Under the pieces are notes generated by a model. It had not been told where the DNA came from. It ran no database searches and was given only the letters and a program-made list of their open reading frames with translations. From Flavobacteriales bacterium (GTDB lineage: Bacteria; Bacteroidota; Bacteroidia; Flavobacteriales_F; PHOS-HE28), in contig JBGAJW010000001.1 of NCBI GenBank assembly GCA_044224725.1, forward strand, positions 77,012 through 141,011: 64,000 nt of DNA, written 5' to 3'. Below are positions 55,977-64,000 of the stretch, piece by piece. The translations under genes were made by a program, and so were the position numbers. Position 1 is the first letter of the stretch; the number at the start of each line of letters is the position of its first letter.

Positions 55977-57947
55977 ATGAGCACGGCCACATTCCTGCCA
56001 ACTACACTTCTGGAACGCGTCACCTTGTTCCTGCTCCTGCTACTGGCCCTGGTCCTGCGCTTCTGGGGCTTCCCTGACATACCGTATACGCACGACGAGA
56101 TCAGTGCCTTGGTGCGCGTGGACTTCCCGACGCTCGGCGATGCGATCAGCAAGGGCGTATGGAACATCGATACGCACCCGCCGGGCACGCATGCCTTCCT
56201 GTGGTACTGGACACGTCTCTTCGGTTTCGGCGATGGCGCGGTGAAGGCACCGTTCATATTGATGAGCGTGGTGGCGCTGTTCTGCTTGTACCGTTTCGCG
56301 CACGCTTGGGCAGGCGCTTCCGTGGCGGTCATCACTACCGCATTGCTCGCCACGATGCAGTACACGGTGATGTACGGCCAGATCGCACGGCCCTATGCCA
56401 TGGGCCTCTTCACCACGGCGCTGTTGGCGGACCAACTCACGCGCTTCATCGGAACGGGTCGCCGATCGAACCTGGTCGCGATGGTGATGGCCGCGGTCCT
56501 CAGCGCGTACACCCACCATTTCGCGTTGATGCTCGCCGCCTTCATGTGCGGAACGGGCTTCTTCCTCATCGACCCGTCACGCCGCAAGTCCTACCTCATC
56601 GCCCTAGCGGTATCCGTTGCGTGCTACCTGCCGAACCTGCCGTTGTTTTTCGCACAGCTCGGCTGGAAGGGACTGGACGAGTGGCTCACGGCCCCTGCGC
56701 CGGACTGGACCCTGAACTACCTCTGGTGGATCGGGCATTGCTCGGTGCTCTTTGCGGGATTGTTGGTCCTGCTGGTCGGTGCTGCGGCCGGTTTCCGGAT
56801 CGTGCGCAAGGGCAGCTCGAAGCCATTATGGGCGATCGCGTTGATCTGGGGCCTGCTTCCGTTGGTGGTCGGCTATACATACTCCGTGCTGCGTTCTCCG
56901 GTCCTCCAGTACAGCGTTGTGTTGTTCTCCTTCCCTTATCTCCTCGTGGGCGTGTTGGCGGGTTTGCGCCATTTGACCGTGACGCAGGGGGGCGCGGTCG
57001 CGGTCGTTTCTGCGGCCGTGTCGACGTTCACGCTGATCGATGTCAGGCAACACTACGCCGTCTTCAACCACAGCAAGTACGAAGCGATCGTGCGCGGCAC
57101 ACAGGAAGCCGAGGCGACCGGTGCGCTGGCCATCGTGGATCTGCCGCCTGAAGTGATGGCGTTCTACAGGAAGCTCTGGTGCATCACACCCTCGCAAGCG
57201 CCGTTCGTGAACCTGCGTTTCGGGACCGCCTCCATGCTGGACAGCACCTTGATCGCAACGAAGGTCAGCAGTGTTTTCTACGGGCAGACCACACAGGCGG
57301 AACCGGAGAACGTGGCGAAGGTGCAAGCGCGATTCCCGTTCCTGCTGGAGCGCCATGACCGCTACGAGGGGCAGACCTTCGTTTTCGCCGCTCGGCCTGA
57401 TGGAGAAGCACTTGACGACCTTGGTACTTCACAGGTAAAAACGCCCGAAGTGTTGCAGGCGGATGGTTGGGAGGTGGACGCCAAGATCCCGTTGATCGTC
57501 GATACCACTGCGGGCGGTTATGGCGGCATGGCCCCGAAGCGATGGGACTTTACCGGGCACGAGTACGGCGCGGTGTACGACGGACCGGTCTACCAATTGG
57601 CGAAAGGCCCGAACGATGTGATCGAAGTGCGTGCCGACTTCACCTCCGTGGACCCCGCCAGCGACATGTCGCTCGTGGTGGAATTGAAGAAAGGCGACAT
57701 CACCCGATTCTACCGCGCCGCACAGATGACGGATGCGTTGAATTCGGGGAACAACGTGTCGCTCATTACTGCGGTGAAACTGGCCGACATCCCCGGACAC
57801 GGCGAGGGCCTGCGCCTGCGCACCTACCTCTACAACCCTGCGCGCAAGAAGGCGCTGATCGGTTCGCTCGGCCTGCGCGTACGCGAAGGGAACCCCGTGC
57901 TTTACGGGCTGTTCCAGCCGATCACGGGGAAGTGGAAATACAAGTAG
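55977..57947 (+). CDS. Family 39 glycosyltransferase (ArnT/PMT-like polyprenyl-phosphate-sugar-dependent membrane glycosyltransferase).
   Basis: N-terminal multi-TM domain with a DE motif in the first loop (YTHDEISAL) and a large C-terminal soluble domain. The start could also be 55929. Confidence 0.7.
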   Translation: MSTATFLPTTLLERVTLFLLLLLALVLRFWGFPDIPYTHDEISALVRVDFPTLGDAISKGVWNIDTHPPGTHAFLWYWTRLFGFGDGAVKAPFILMSVVALFCLYRFAHAWAGASVAVITTALLATMQYTVMYGQIARPYAMGLFTTALLADQLTRFIGTGRRSNLVAMVMAAVLSAYTHHFALMLAAFMCGTGFFLIDPSRRKSYLIALAVSVACYLPNLPLFFAQLGWKGLDEWLTAPAPDWTLNYLWWIGHCSVLFAGLLVLLVGAAAGFRIVRKGSSKPLWAIALIWGLLPLVVGYTYSVLRSPVLQYSVVLFSFPYLLVGVLAGLRHLTVTQGGAVAVVSAAVSTFTLIDVRQHYAVFNHSKYEAIVRGTQEAEATGALAIVDLPPEVMAFYRKLWCITPSQAPFVNLRFGTASMLDSTLIATKVSSVFYGQTTQAEPENVAKVQARFPFLLERHDRYEGQTFVFAARPDGEALDDLGTSQVKTPEVLQADGWEVDAKIPLIVDTTAGGYGGMAPKRWDFTGHEYGAVYDGPVYQLAKGPNDVIEVRADFTSVDPASDMSLVVELKKGDITRFYRAAQMTDALNSGNNVSLITAVKLADIPGHGEGLRLRTYLYNPARKKALIGSLGLRVREGNPVLYGLFQPITGKWKYK

Positions 57948-58040
57948 GAACCCGGAAGCGACAAAGCCCAAGCTTCAGGCCCCAAGCTCCGACACGGAAA
58001 CTTTGAGCTTGAAGCTTGAGCCTTTTGTCTTGAAGCTTGC

Positions 58041-59018
58041 TCAGAGCTTGAACGACAGCCCGATGCCCAGCGTTTGTTTGAACTGCGTGCCGGGACCGGG
58101 TGCGGGTACCTTGGTGGTCACCCCTCCGATCGTTTCATCCTTCAACTTCGGTACGTCGATGTCGTGGTCGTAGAGGAGCAGGGTGTTGAAGGAAGCGCCG
58201 AACCAGCTGTTGATCTTCAACGTCCACAGGGTTTCCCATGAAACGTCGATGTTCTGCGGGTTCCGGAGGTAGTTGCTGTACAGGTCGCCACGTGTGAGGA
58301 AGGTGAAGTTCTTGGTGATGTCCTTCTTGTATTGCGCGCGGAGGTAGGCTCCAACCTCGACCTCGGTGGTACTACCGGCCTTCACACCGTAAACACGGAA
58401 GTCCGACGCGGCGCTATCAGGGAAGAGGCTCTTGTCGTTGACCATGGTCAGTTTCATGGCGGCAGGCGAAACGAAGACCGAGAAATTGTCGCTCGGACGG
58501 TAGTCGAATCCTGGCGCCAGGATGAGGTAGGCCGGCGCGAACAGGTTGGAGATGCGGTTGCCGGAGCCATCGAAGCCTTCCGTGAACTGGGTCTTGAACT
58601 GGCCCAGCATCGAGAAGTACCACGGCCCCTTCAACTCATGGCCCCACTTGCTGTTCACCTCGATGCGGTCATCGGTCTTCGATGGCGCGCCGTCAGCGAA
58701 GCTGTAGCCCTGTGGCGCCTGCAATTGGCCACCGAAGGCCAGGATGAGCGAATTGTCCCAAACATTCTTGCCGTTGTGGCGGTTCGCGAACCCGTTGAAC
58801 AGCATGATCCCGCCAAGGCTGTTGTTACCACCAGCAGCCCAGTTGGTGAGGCTCACCTGCGTGATGTTGATATTGAACGTGGCGCCTTTTGTCCAGATCT
58901 TACCTGAAGAATCGGCTGCGGACAAGGGTGCGGACTCGCGGATGACCTTGGTGGCATCCTGCGCTTGGGCGTTACCTAATGTCAGGAGGAAGGCAGAGAG
59001 GGGGATCAGGCGTTTCAT
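58041..59018 (-). CDS. DUF3078-family outer-membrane beta-barrel protein.
   Basis: Signal peptide and the family-typical INITQVSLTNWAAGGNNS motif. Confidence 0.7.
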   Translation of the reverse strand: MKRLIPLSAFLLTLGNAQAQDATKVIRESAPLSAADSSGKIWTKGATFNINITQVSLTNWAAGGNNSLGGIMLFNGFANRHNGKNVWDNSLILAFGGQLQAPQGYSFADGAPSKTDDRIEVNSKWGHELKGPWYFSMLGQFKTQFTEGFDGSGNRISNLFAPAYLILAPGFDYRPSDNFSVFVSPAAMKLTMVNDKSLFPDSAASDFRVYGVKAGSTTEVEVGAYLRAQYKKDITKNFTFLTRGDLYSNYLRNPQNIDVSWETLWTLKINSWFGASFNTLLLYDHDIDVPKLKDETIGGVTTKVPAPGPGTQFKQTLGIGLSFKL

Positions 59019-59056
59019 GATCGGGTGTTCAATGTTGGCGTTGTTCAGGGTGGAGA

Positions 59057-59881
59057 TCAGTTGATGTTGCGCACGAGCATTTCCTTCTGCGGGCCTTTCA
59101 CGTTCGCGGCATTGAGTGCATCACGGCCCTTCTCATAGGTACCGAAGTACACATCCCAGTAGTGGGCAGGATCGCACCAGGGGCGAACGGCCAATTCAAC
59201 ACCGTCCATGGTGAGTTTGCTCACGGTCACGGAGGGCGCAGGTTCCTTCAGCACGAGCGGATCCGCGGCCATGGACGCGTTGAGCACATCGCGCACTTTG
59301 GTGATGGACTCCTCGTTGCCCACCATGAAGGAGAGGTCCACGCGCATCTTGCCGTCCGCGCTGTAGTTGATGATGTTACCGTTGGCCATGGCCCCGTTGG
59401 GGATGATGGCGGTCTTGTTCTCCGGAGTAAGCAGGATGGTGGTGAAGATCTGGATCTCCTTCACGTTGCCTAGCACACCTTGCGCCTCGATGAGGTCGCC
59501 GAGCTTGTAAGGTTTGAAGAGCAGGATGAGGGTTCCTCCTGCGAAGTTGGCCAAGGTGCCCTGCAACGCCAGACCGACGGCCAAGCCCGCCGCCCCGATG
59601 ATCGCCACGAAGCTGGTGGTCTGCACACCCATCATCTGGATCGCTGTAATGAACAGCAGAATGCGCAAGGAGATGGTAACGAGGCTGTGCAAGAAGCGCT
59701 TCAATGTGGGTTCAACCCCACGTCGGTCGAGCACACGTCCCAGCACTTTGGCCAGCATGCGGATCAGCATCGAGCCGATCCACAGGACAACGAGCGCCAT
59801 GATGACCTTGGGCGCGTACTCCATCGCGAGGTCCATGGCCTTCTGGCCATAGATGTTCATCTGGTCGACCTGTTGGTTCAT
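59057..59881 (-). CDS. mscS: Small-conductance mechanosensitive channel (MscS family).
   Basis: Three TM helices plus the MscS beta-domain (KPYKLGDLIEAQGVLGNVKEIQIFTTILLTPENKTAIIPNG). Confidence 0.85.
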   Translation of the reverse strand: MNQQVDQMNIYGQKAMDLAMEYAPKVIMALVVLWIGSMLIRMLAKVLGRVLDRRGVEPTLKRFLHSLVTISLRILLFITAIQMMGVQTTSFVAIIGAAGLAVGLALQGTLANFAGGTLILLFKPYKLGDLIEAQGVLGNVKEIQIFTTILLTPENKTAIIPNGAMANGNIINYSADGKMRVDLSFMVGNEESITKVRDVLNASMAADPLVLKEPAPSVTVSKLTMDGVELAVRPWCDPAHYWDVYFGTYEKGRDALNAANVKGPQKEMLVRNIN

Positions 59882-59929
59882 ACGAGGAGGGTGTGAATAT
59901 CGCGTTCGTCTATCGCCCGGTCGTCAATG

Positions 59930-60754
59930 TTATTCTACAGCGTCCAACACTTCTATGCGTTCCGTCATGAGCTGGCGCGTCGGTAACAGGACCAGCCGGT
60001 CGCTGGTGCGAAGGGCGATGCTCACGCTATCGATCTTCTCGATCACGCCCTCATCGGCCCCGATGCGCAGCCGCATGCCGGGCTTGAAGCGCTCTTTCCC
60101 ATAGTAGCTGCCCAGCATGTTCGCCAGAATATCGCGGGAGGCCATTCCGTAGGCTACGCTGAACGCGACGAGGATGCCGCCTACGAGCAACAGGATGTTG
60201 GACGTGATCAAGGTGGTATCCACCCCTGCCATATTCAAGGCGGTGATGGACATGAAGAGCACGATCACGGCGAAGAAGATGCGACCGAGGATCCTTCCGC
60301 CTATGAGCCCGACACTGCCGCTAAGGTTGGTGGCCAGATTCTGGACGCGCTCCCCGAGCCACACACCGAAAACGAAAATGCCCACGGAGGTGAGCAGCAC
60401 GGGCACGTAGCTGAAGAAGCTGTGGATGGCTTCCGTGATGATGGCCAGGTCCATCACCTTGGCCGAGGCCAGGATGAAGAACAATTGCACCAGCCAATAG
60501 GCCAAGGTGCTCACCACGACGGAGATCCCGCCCAAGCGACCGAACACACGGTCCACACCGCTTCGCTCAGCGGCTCCATGCAGACCGGTCTTCTTGAAGA
60601 TCCGGTCCACGAGCAAGCGGAGCAGCCGGGCGAGCCCCCAGCCGACAAGCAACAGCAGGAGACCCGCACCGATAGCAGGAAGTGACTGGAGTATCCCGCC
60701 GAGGTACTCGTTGAAAGCCTGCGAAACGCGTTCGGTGAAGTAGGAGAGATCCAT
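59930..60754 (-). CDS. Mechanosensitive ion channel family protein (conserved-TM-helix-repeat type).
   Basis: Repeated TM-helix motifs and an MscS-like C-terminal beta domain (GMRLRIGADEGVIEKIDSVSIALRTSD). Confidence 0.7.
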   Translation of the reverse strand: MDLSYFTERVSQAFNEYLGGILQSLPAIGAGLLLLLVGWGLARLLRLLVDRIFKKTGLHGAAERSGVDRVFGRLGGISVVVSTLAYWLVQLFFILASAKVMDLAIITEAIHSFFSYVPVLLTSVGIFVFGVWLGERVQNLATNLSGSVGLIGGRILGRIFFAVIVLFMSITALNMAGVDTTLITSNILLLVGGILVAFSVAYGMASRDILANMLGSYYGKERFKPGMRLRIGADEGVIEKIDSVSIALRTSDRLVLLPTRQLMTERIEVLDAVE

Positions 60755-60765
60755 GGGATGGGGGG

Positions 60766-60969
60766 TCAGGTCTTCTTGGGTGGGCGTCGCTCACCATCAT
60801 CTCCGATGATGCGCACGTTGTTGAACAGGGTCATCGCGTAATCGGCCATGAAGAGTTGGGCGAACCGCATGAGGAGCATGACGAACTTCACGCTGCCGAC
60901 CACCTCTTCCCGCAGTTGGGGAGGTGGTTCGTCCGTGGACCGGATGAGCTTGAATGGATTCTCGCTCAT
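60766..60969 (-). CDS. Small protein (67 aa) co-transcribed with the ECF sigma factor (4-nt ATGA overlap). Candidate anti-sigma or sigma-associated factor.
   Basis: Position and overlap only. It has an amphipathic helix. No motif. Confidence 0.35.
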   Translation of the reverse strand: MSENPFKLIRSTDEPPPQLREEVVGSVKFVMLLMRFAQLFMADYAMTLFNNVRIIGDDGERRPPKKT

Positions 60970-61550
60970 GGTTCCTCGGGAAAAAGTGAGCGGTACTTCA
61001 CCAGCGCGCGTTCCCGGGCGCGGAGCAAACGCATCTTCACGGCGCTCTCGCTCAGGCCGAACGCGTCCTGTATCTCGCTGATGGCGAGTTCGTCGTCATA
61101 CTTCATCAACAGCAACGCGCGGTCGGCCGGATCGATCTCATGGAGAACCCGCTCCAGACGCTCGGCACGCAACCCCAAGAGCATCGCTTCGCTGGCCTCG
61201 TCCGTCACCCCACCACCCTCGTTCCGCTCGTCTATATCATCCTCCCGGTGGCGCTGGCTCTTGCGCAGGCTGTCAAGGCAATAGTTGTAGGTGATACTGT
61301 ATACCCACGTGCCGAACTTGCTACGGTGGTCGAACTTGACGAGGTTCAAGAAGACTTTCAGGAAGATGTCGTGGGTAAGGTCCTTCGCCAAGTCGCGATC
61401 GCGCGTCATGCCAACGCACTTCTGGAACACCTTGGATGAGTAGCGATCGTACAGCACGGCAAAGCGTTCGGTATCCATCTCCTTCTGGAGCAGGGACACC
61501 AACTCCTCGTCGGTCAGCGACTGGTCCTTCTTCGCCCTGCTCTTGAACAA
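60966..61550 (-). CDS. RNA polymerase ECF-type sigma-70 factor.
   Basis: Region 2 (DLTHDIFLKVF...FGTWVYSITYN) and region 4 HTH (LAISEIQDAFGLSESAVKMRLLRARERA). Confidence 0.85.
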   Translation of the reverse strand: MFKSRAKKDQSLTDEELVSLLQKEMDTERFAVLYDRYSSKVFQKCVGMTRDRDLAKDLTHDIFLKVFLNLVKFDHRSKFGTWVYSITYNYCLDSLRKSQRHREDDIDERNEGGGVTDEASEAMLLGLRAERLERVLHEIDPADRALLLMKYDDELAISEIQDAFGLSESAVKMRLLRARERALVKYRSLFPEEP

Positions 61551-61603
61551 CTGGGTGGACAGTTGGTGCCGTTGGGACGGGGGAGCGTCATAGGGGTCAC
61601 AGT

Positions 61604-62125
61604 TCAGGGCTGGACAGTGAAGTCCTGGCCCGTAAATCGGTTATCTACCGGGATGCGCATCCGCAATTCAGGGTGGCCTGTAACGCGGTGGCAGCTATTG
61701 CATGTATTGATGAGCGCTTCATAACGGTCGCTGAACTCCTTCAAGCCGTCCGTGGCGAGCTGCTCTTTCAGCGCGTCGATGGCGCGGATGCCATAGACCT
61801 TCATGTGGTCGCTCACAGGTACGCCATCGGCCACCACGTTCCCGTTGGCCACGACCTCCATCTCTTCCTTGATCTCATGGCGATAGAACTTGGCCAGTTC
61901 CAGATTTCCAGCTTGGCCCGCCCACCAGAGTTTTTCCGCGTGATGCTGGATGCGGGCCATGTAGTGTGCCACCTCAATGGGTTCACCTGCAGGAGCTGAG
62001 GCCACCACGGAGCCGGTACCGGGTTTGGCCCCTTTCTTCAGTTCCTCTTGGAGCGAGTTCTGACGAACGAAAACGACAAAAACGCCGACCAAGGCGATCA
62101 CAGCGAGTACGGTGGAACGGTCCAT
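61604..62125 (-). CDS. Membrane-anchored putative c-type cytochrome (single CxxCH).
   Basis: N-terminal TM anchor and a CNSCH heme-binding motif near the C-terminus. Confidence 0.45.
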   Translation of the reverse strand: MDRSTVLAVIALVGVFVVFVRQNSLQEELKKGAKPGTGSVVASAPAGEPIEVAHYMARIQHHAEKLWWAGQAGNLELAKFYRHEIKEEMEVVANGNVVADGVPVSDHMKVYGIRAIDALKEQLATDGLKEFSDRYEALINTCNSCHRVTGHPELRMRIPVDNRFTGQDFTVQP

Positions 62126-62520
62126 GAGGAACAAGGCCCCGGCCTGGGGAGCAGCTCGGGTCGCCTTCTGAGGCAGTGGACGCTACTGGAGCCTCGCCAG
62201 ACTCAGTCCACCATCACAGAGGCACGCCGGTCGCGGGTTTGCCGGGGTCGGGGAAGTTGATTTTCGCTGGTTCTGTCCCGTCTGAGTGCCGATGGCTAGG
62301 ACGGGGACAATAGTAGCCACTTCTGTCGTCACTGTAAGGTCAAATCCGGTCCCGGCCCTTCCCCCGATCGACCAAAAACCAGCCTCCCGGGGATGGACAT
62401 CCCAATAGTGTCCCCACGTCTCACCGTGGAGACAACCGTTCTTCCAAGGACAAGTTTTCTACTTTGCTCCCAACCAATCTCTTGGCGTCACTATATTCGC
62501 CGATCATGTGACGGATTTTT

Positions 62521-64000
62521 CGTCGATCTCATGAACCGCGCTATAGAACACGCGATCGACCAGCTCGGGTACAGGCAGGAGCCCACCTTCTACCACCATG
62601 AGGATAGCGCGCGCTGGAGCGAACTACCCCGCCGCACTTTGCGGACTCTAGAGGAGTTAAAGCCATATGCCTTCCTGTGCATTGATGAACGCCCCTTCAT
62701 TGTCTTTTTCGACACCGGAGGGAGCGACACGGAGACCATCCGGATCAACCAATCCTGCTGGAACGCTCAAATACCGGTCGTTCTGCTCTTTCACCAAGAA
62801 CAGGTAACGATATACAATGGGCTACGCTTGCTTTCGGGAAAGAAAACGCTGGATATTTTAACAATTCATGGGTACGATGATCTTACCCTATCCAATATTC
62901 AATCCCAGCCATTTTGGGACAAGTGCTTCATTGCGGATGATACGCTGGACGCATTGCTGCTGGACAATATTAAGAGCATCACAAATAACCTACGTGCGAA
63001 TGGCCTGCGTGAACATGCAACCAGAATAATCCTTCGCCTCATATTTATCCGATACCTGGTCGACCGAGGAATCAACTTCAACTTCTTTGGATTTAACGGA
63101 AATCGAAATCAGGATCGAGAGCTACTCAAGGAAATAGTCACGAACAAAAACGAACTATACGATCTCTTTGAGTACCTCCAAATCAAGTTCAATGGTGGAA
63201 TGTTCGCAGTTCAACCGGGTGAACTTGAAAGCCTAACCGATCGGCACCTGCTGGACCTTTCAAGCTTCATCAGTGGAGACATCAATCTCCGCACTGGACA
63301 GAAGAGCTTCTTTGACCTGTATGATTTTCGGATACTCCCGATTGAACTACTCTCGGCTATCTACGAGAAGTTCATTGGGGCTGAAACCCAACAGGAGGAT
63401 AAAGCATTCTATACACCGCCATACTTAGTCGAGCACATTCTCGACAAGCTCTTTGCTGGCAAGAACATCCAACGAGCGAGGGTATTGGACCCTGCTTGTG
63501 GAAGTGGCGTATTTCTAGTGGAAGCCCTGCGCCGCATCATTGAACAGTACCTGCAGTCGGGCGATCGCCATCTCGATCCGAACCTCCTGAGAGTACTCGC
63601 CGAAACGGCTGTCACGGGCGTTGACCTGAATCCAGAAGCCGTTGCTGTCACCAAGTTCTCGATTTGCGTTCTGCTTTTGGACTACGTGGATCCCAAGCAT
63701 CTCCTGCTGTTCAAAATGCCTGAACTCCAGCGGAACATCATCCGGTCAGACACGTTCCGGGAGGATCTTCCCTTCCAATTGCTCTCCGACGGACACTTTG
63801 ATTACATCGTCGGCAATCCGCCCTGGGGCAACAAAGGCGGATCCCATTTGGAGTACTGCACCAACCGCGGAATACCACAACAATACCACGAAATATGCAG
63901 AAGTTTCATTGCTCGAACAAGGGATTTTTCAAGCCCTGAAACGATATGTTGTCTGATTATTGCCAGTAAAATACTTTACAACAAGGCTGGTGATGCACCA
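62521..64000 (+). CDS. Gamma-class N6-adenine DNA methyltransferase, type IIG restriction-modification enzyme / BREX PglX-like. 5' part only. The ORF is open at the window end and is not in the supplied ORF track.
   Basis: Own translation: 493 codons without a stop. It has motif X-like AFYTPPYLVEHIL, motif I VLDPACGSGVFLVEA, and motif IV DYIVGNPPWG. GC is about 48% against about 65% genome background. Confidence 0.75.

Noticed and set aside
57948-58040. Cluster of GAAGCTTG / CAAGCTTC repeats between convergent genes. Possible bidirectional terminator.
   Set aside because: The inverted repeats are short and imperfect. It is plausible as a terminator region but not strong enough to annotate precisely.
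60966-61550. Whether the ECF sigma factor and downstream 67-aa ORF are part of the low-GC island beginning at about 62270.
   Set aside because: Their GC and codon usage match the host background, and a cytochrome-like gene separates them from the GC break. They were treated as chromosomal.
62135-62520. Looked for a tRNA or tmRNA gene or an att direct repeat at the high-GC to low-GC junction that could mark the integration site of the methyltransferase island. For example, the T-loop-like GTCAAATCC at about 62342.
   Set aside because: No cloverleaf could be assembled. The acceptor and anticodon arms are absent, and the other island end is outside the window. The hairpin GTCCCGTC...GACGGGGAC (about 62276-62309) is noted but unassigned.
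1-64000. CRISPR arrays, rRNA genes and tRNA genes.
   Set aside because: No regularly spaced direct repeats, rRNA-like conserved blocks or tRNA cloverleaves were found on visual scan. A computational scan (tRNAscan, CRISPR finders) would be needed for certainty.

Overview
This is a high-GC (about 65%) chromosomal segment that looks Bacteroidota-like. Evidence for that: at least five type-A T9SS C-terminal sorting domain cargo proteins, a propeller/Y_Y_Y-type sensor kinase paired with a LuxR regulator, DUF3078, SmpB, and compact overlapping genes.

Most of the window is core metabolism and envelope functions. These include a PccB-like carboxyltransferase, PyrD, HMG-CoA lyase, an M16 peptidase, MntR-MntH, two mechanosensitive channels, an ECF sigma factor, and a glycan-modification cluster (GT2, hexapeptide acetyltransferase, two GT4, polysaccharide deacetylase, GT39).

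Three regions stand out as accessory or unusual:
1. Directly downstream of the pccB-like gene (about 2.7-4.7 kb) there is a cassette-like accretion. Three diverged copies of the pccB 3' terminus, each containing GAGTTCAATATGGG, bracket two small low-GC cargo genes. The array is followed by an IS200/RAYT-type Y1 transposase pseudogene split by a 163-bp duplication bounded by identical 20-bp perfect palindromes.
2. Two giant secreted repeat proteins (13374-17417 and 20805-24053) lack the T9SS C-terminal domain carried by their neighbours. They share a roughly 250-aa C-terminal module that ends in tandem dockerin/EF-hand-like D-x-N-x-D/N-G-x-VKYTGSGNDRDPIL repeats and a terminal QLP.
3. The last 1.7 kb drops to about 48% GC and opens with a long ORF that runs off the window end. 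It is missing from the ORF track because it has no stop. It encodes a gamma-class N6-adenine DNA methyltransferase of the type IIG / BREX PglX kind, so the window probably clips the edge of a horizontally acquired defence island.

Smaller oddities are a perfect 60-bp tandem duplication inside the acetyltransferase gene, a frameshifted GT4 gene, a frameshifted ABM-like gene, and an in-frame TGA splitting a small membrane protein. No rRNA, tRNA or CRISPR array was recognised. Many long ORFs in the track are GC-driven antisense shadow ORFs and were not called.
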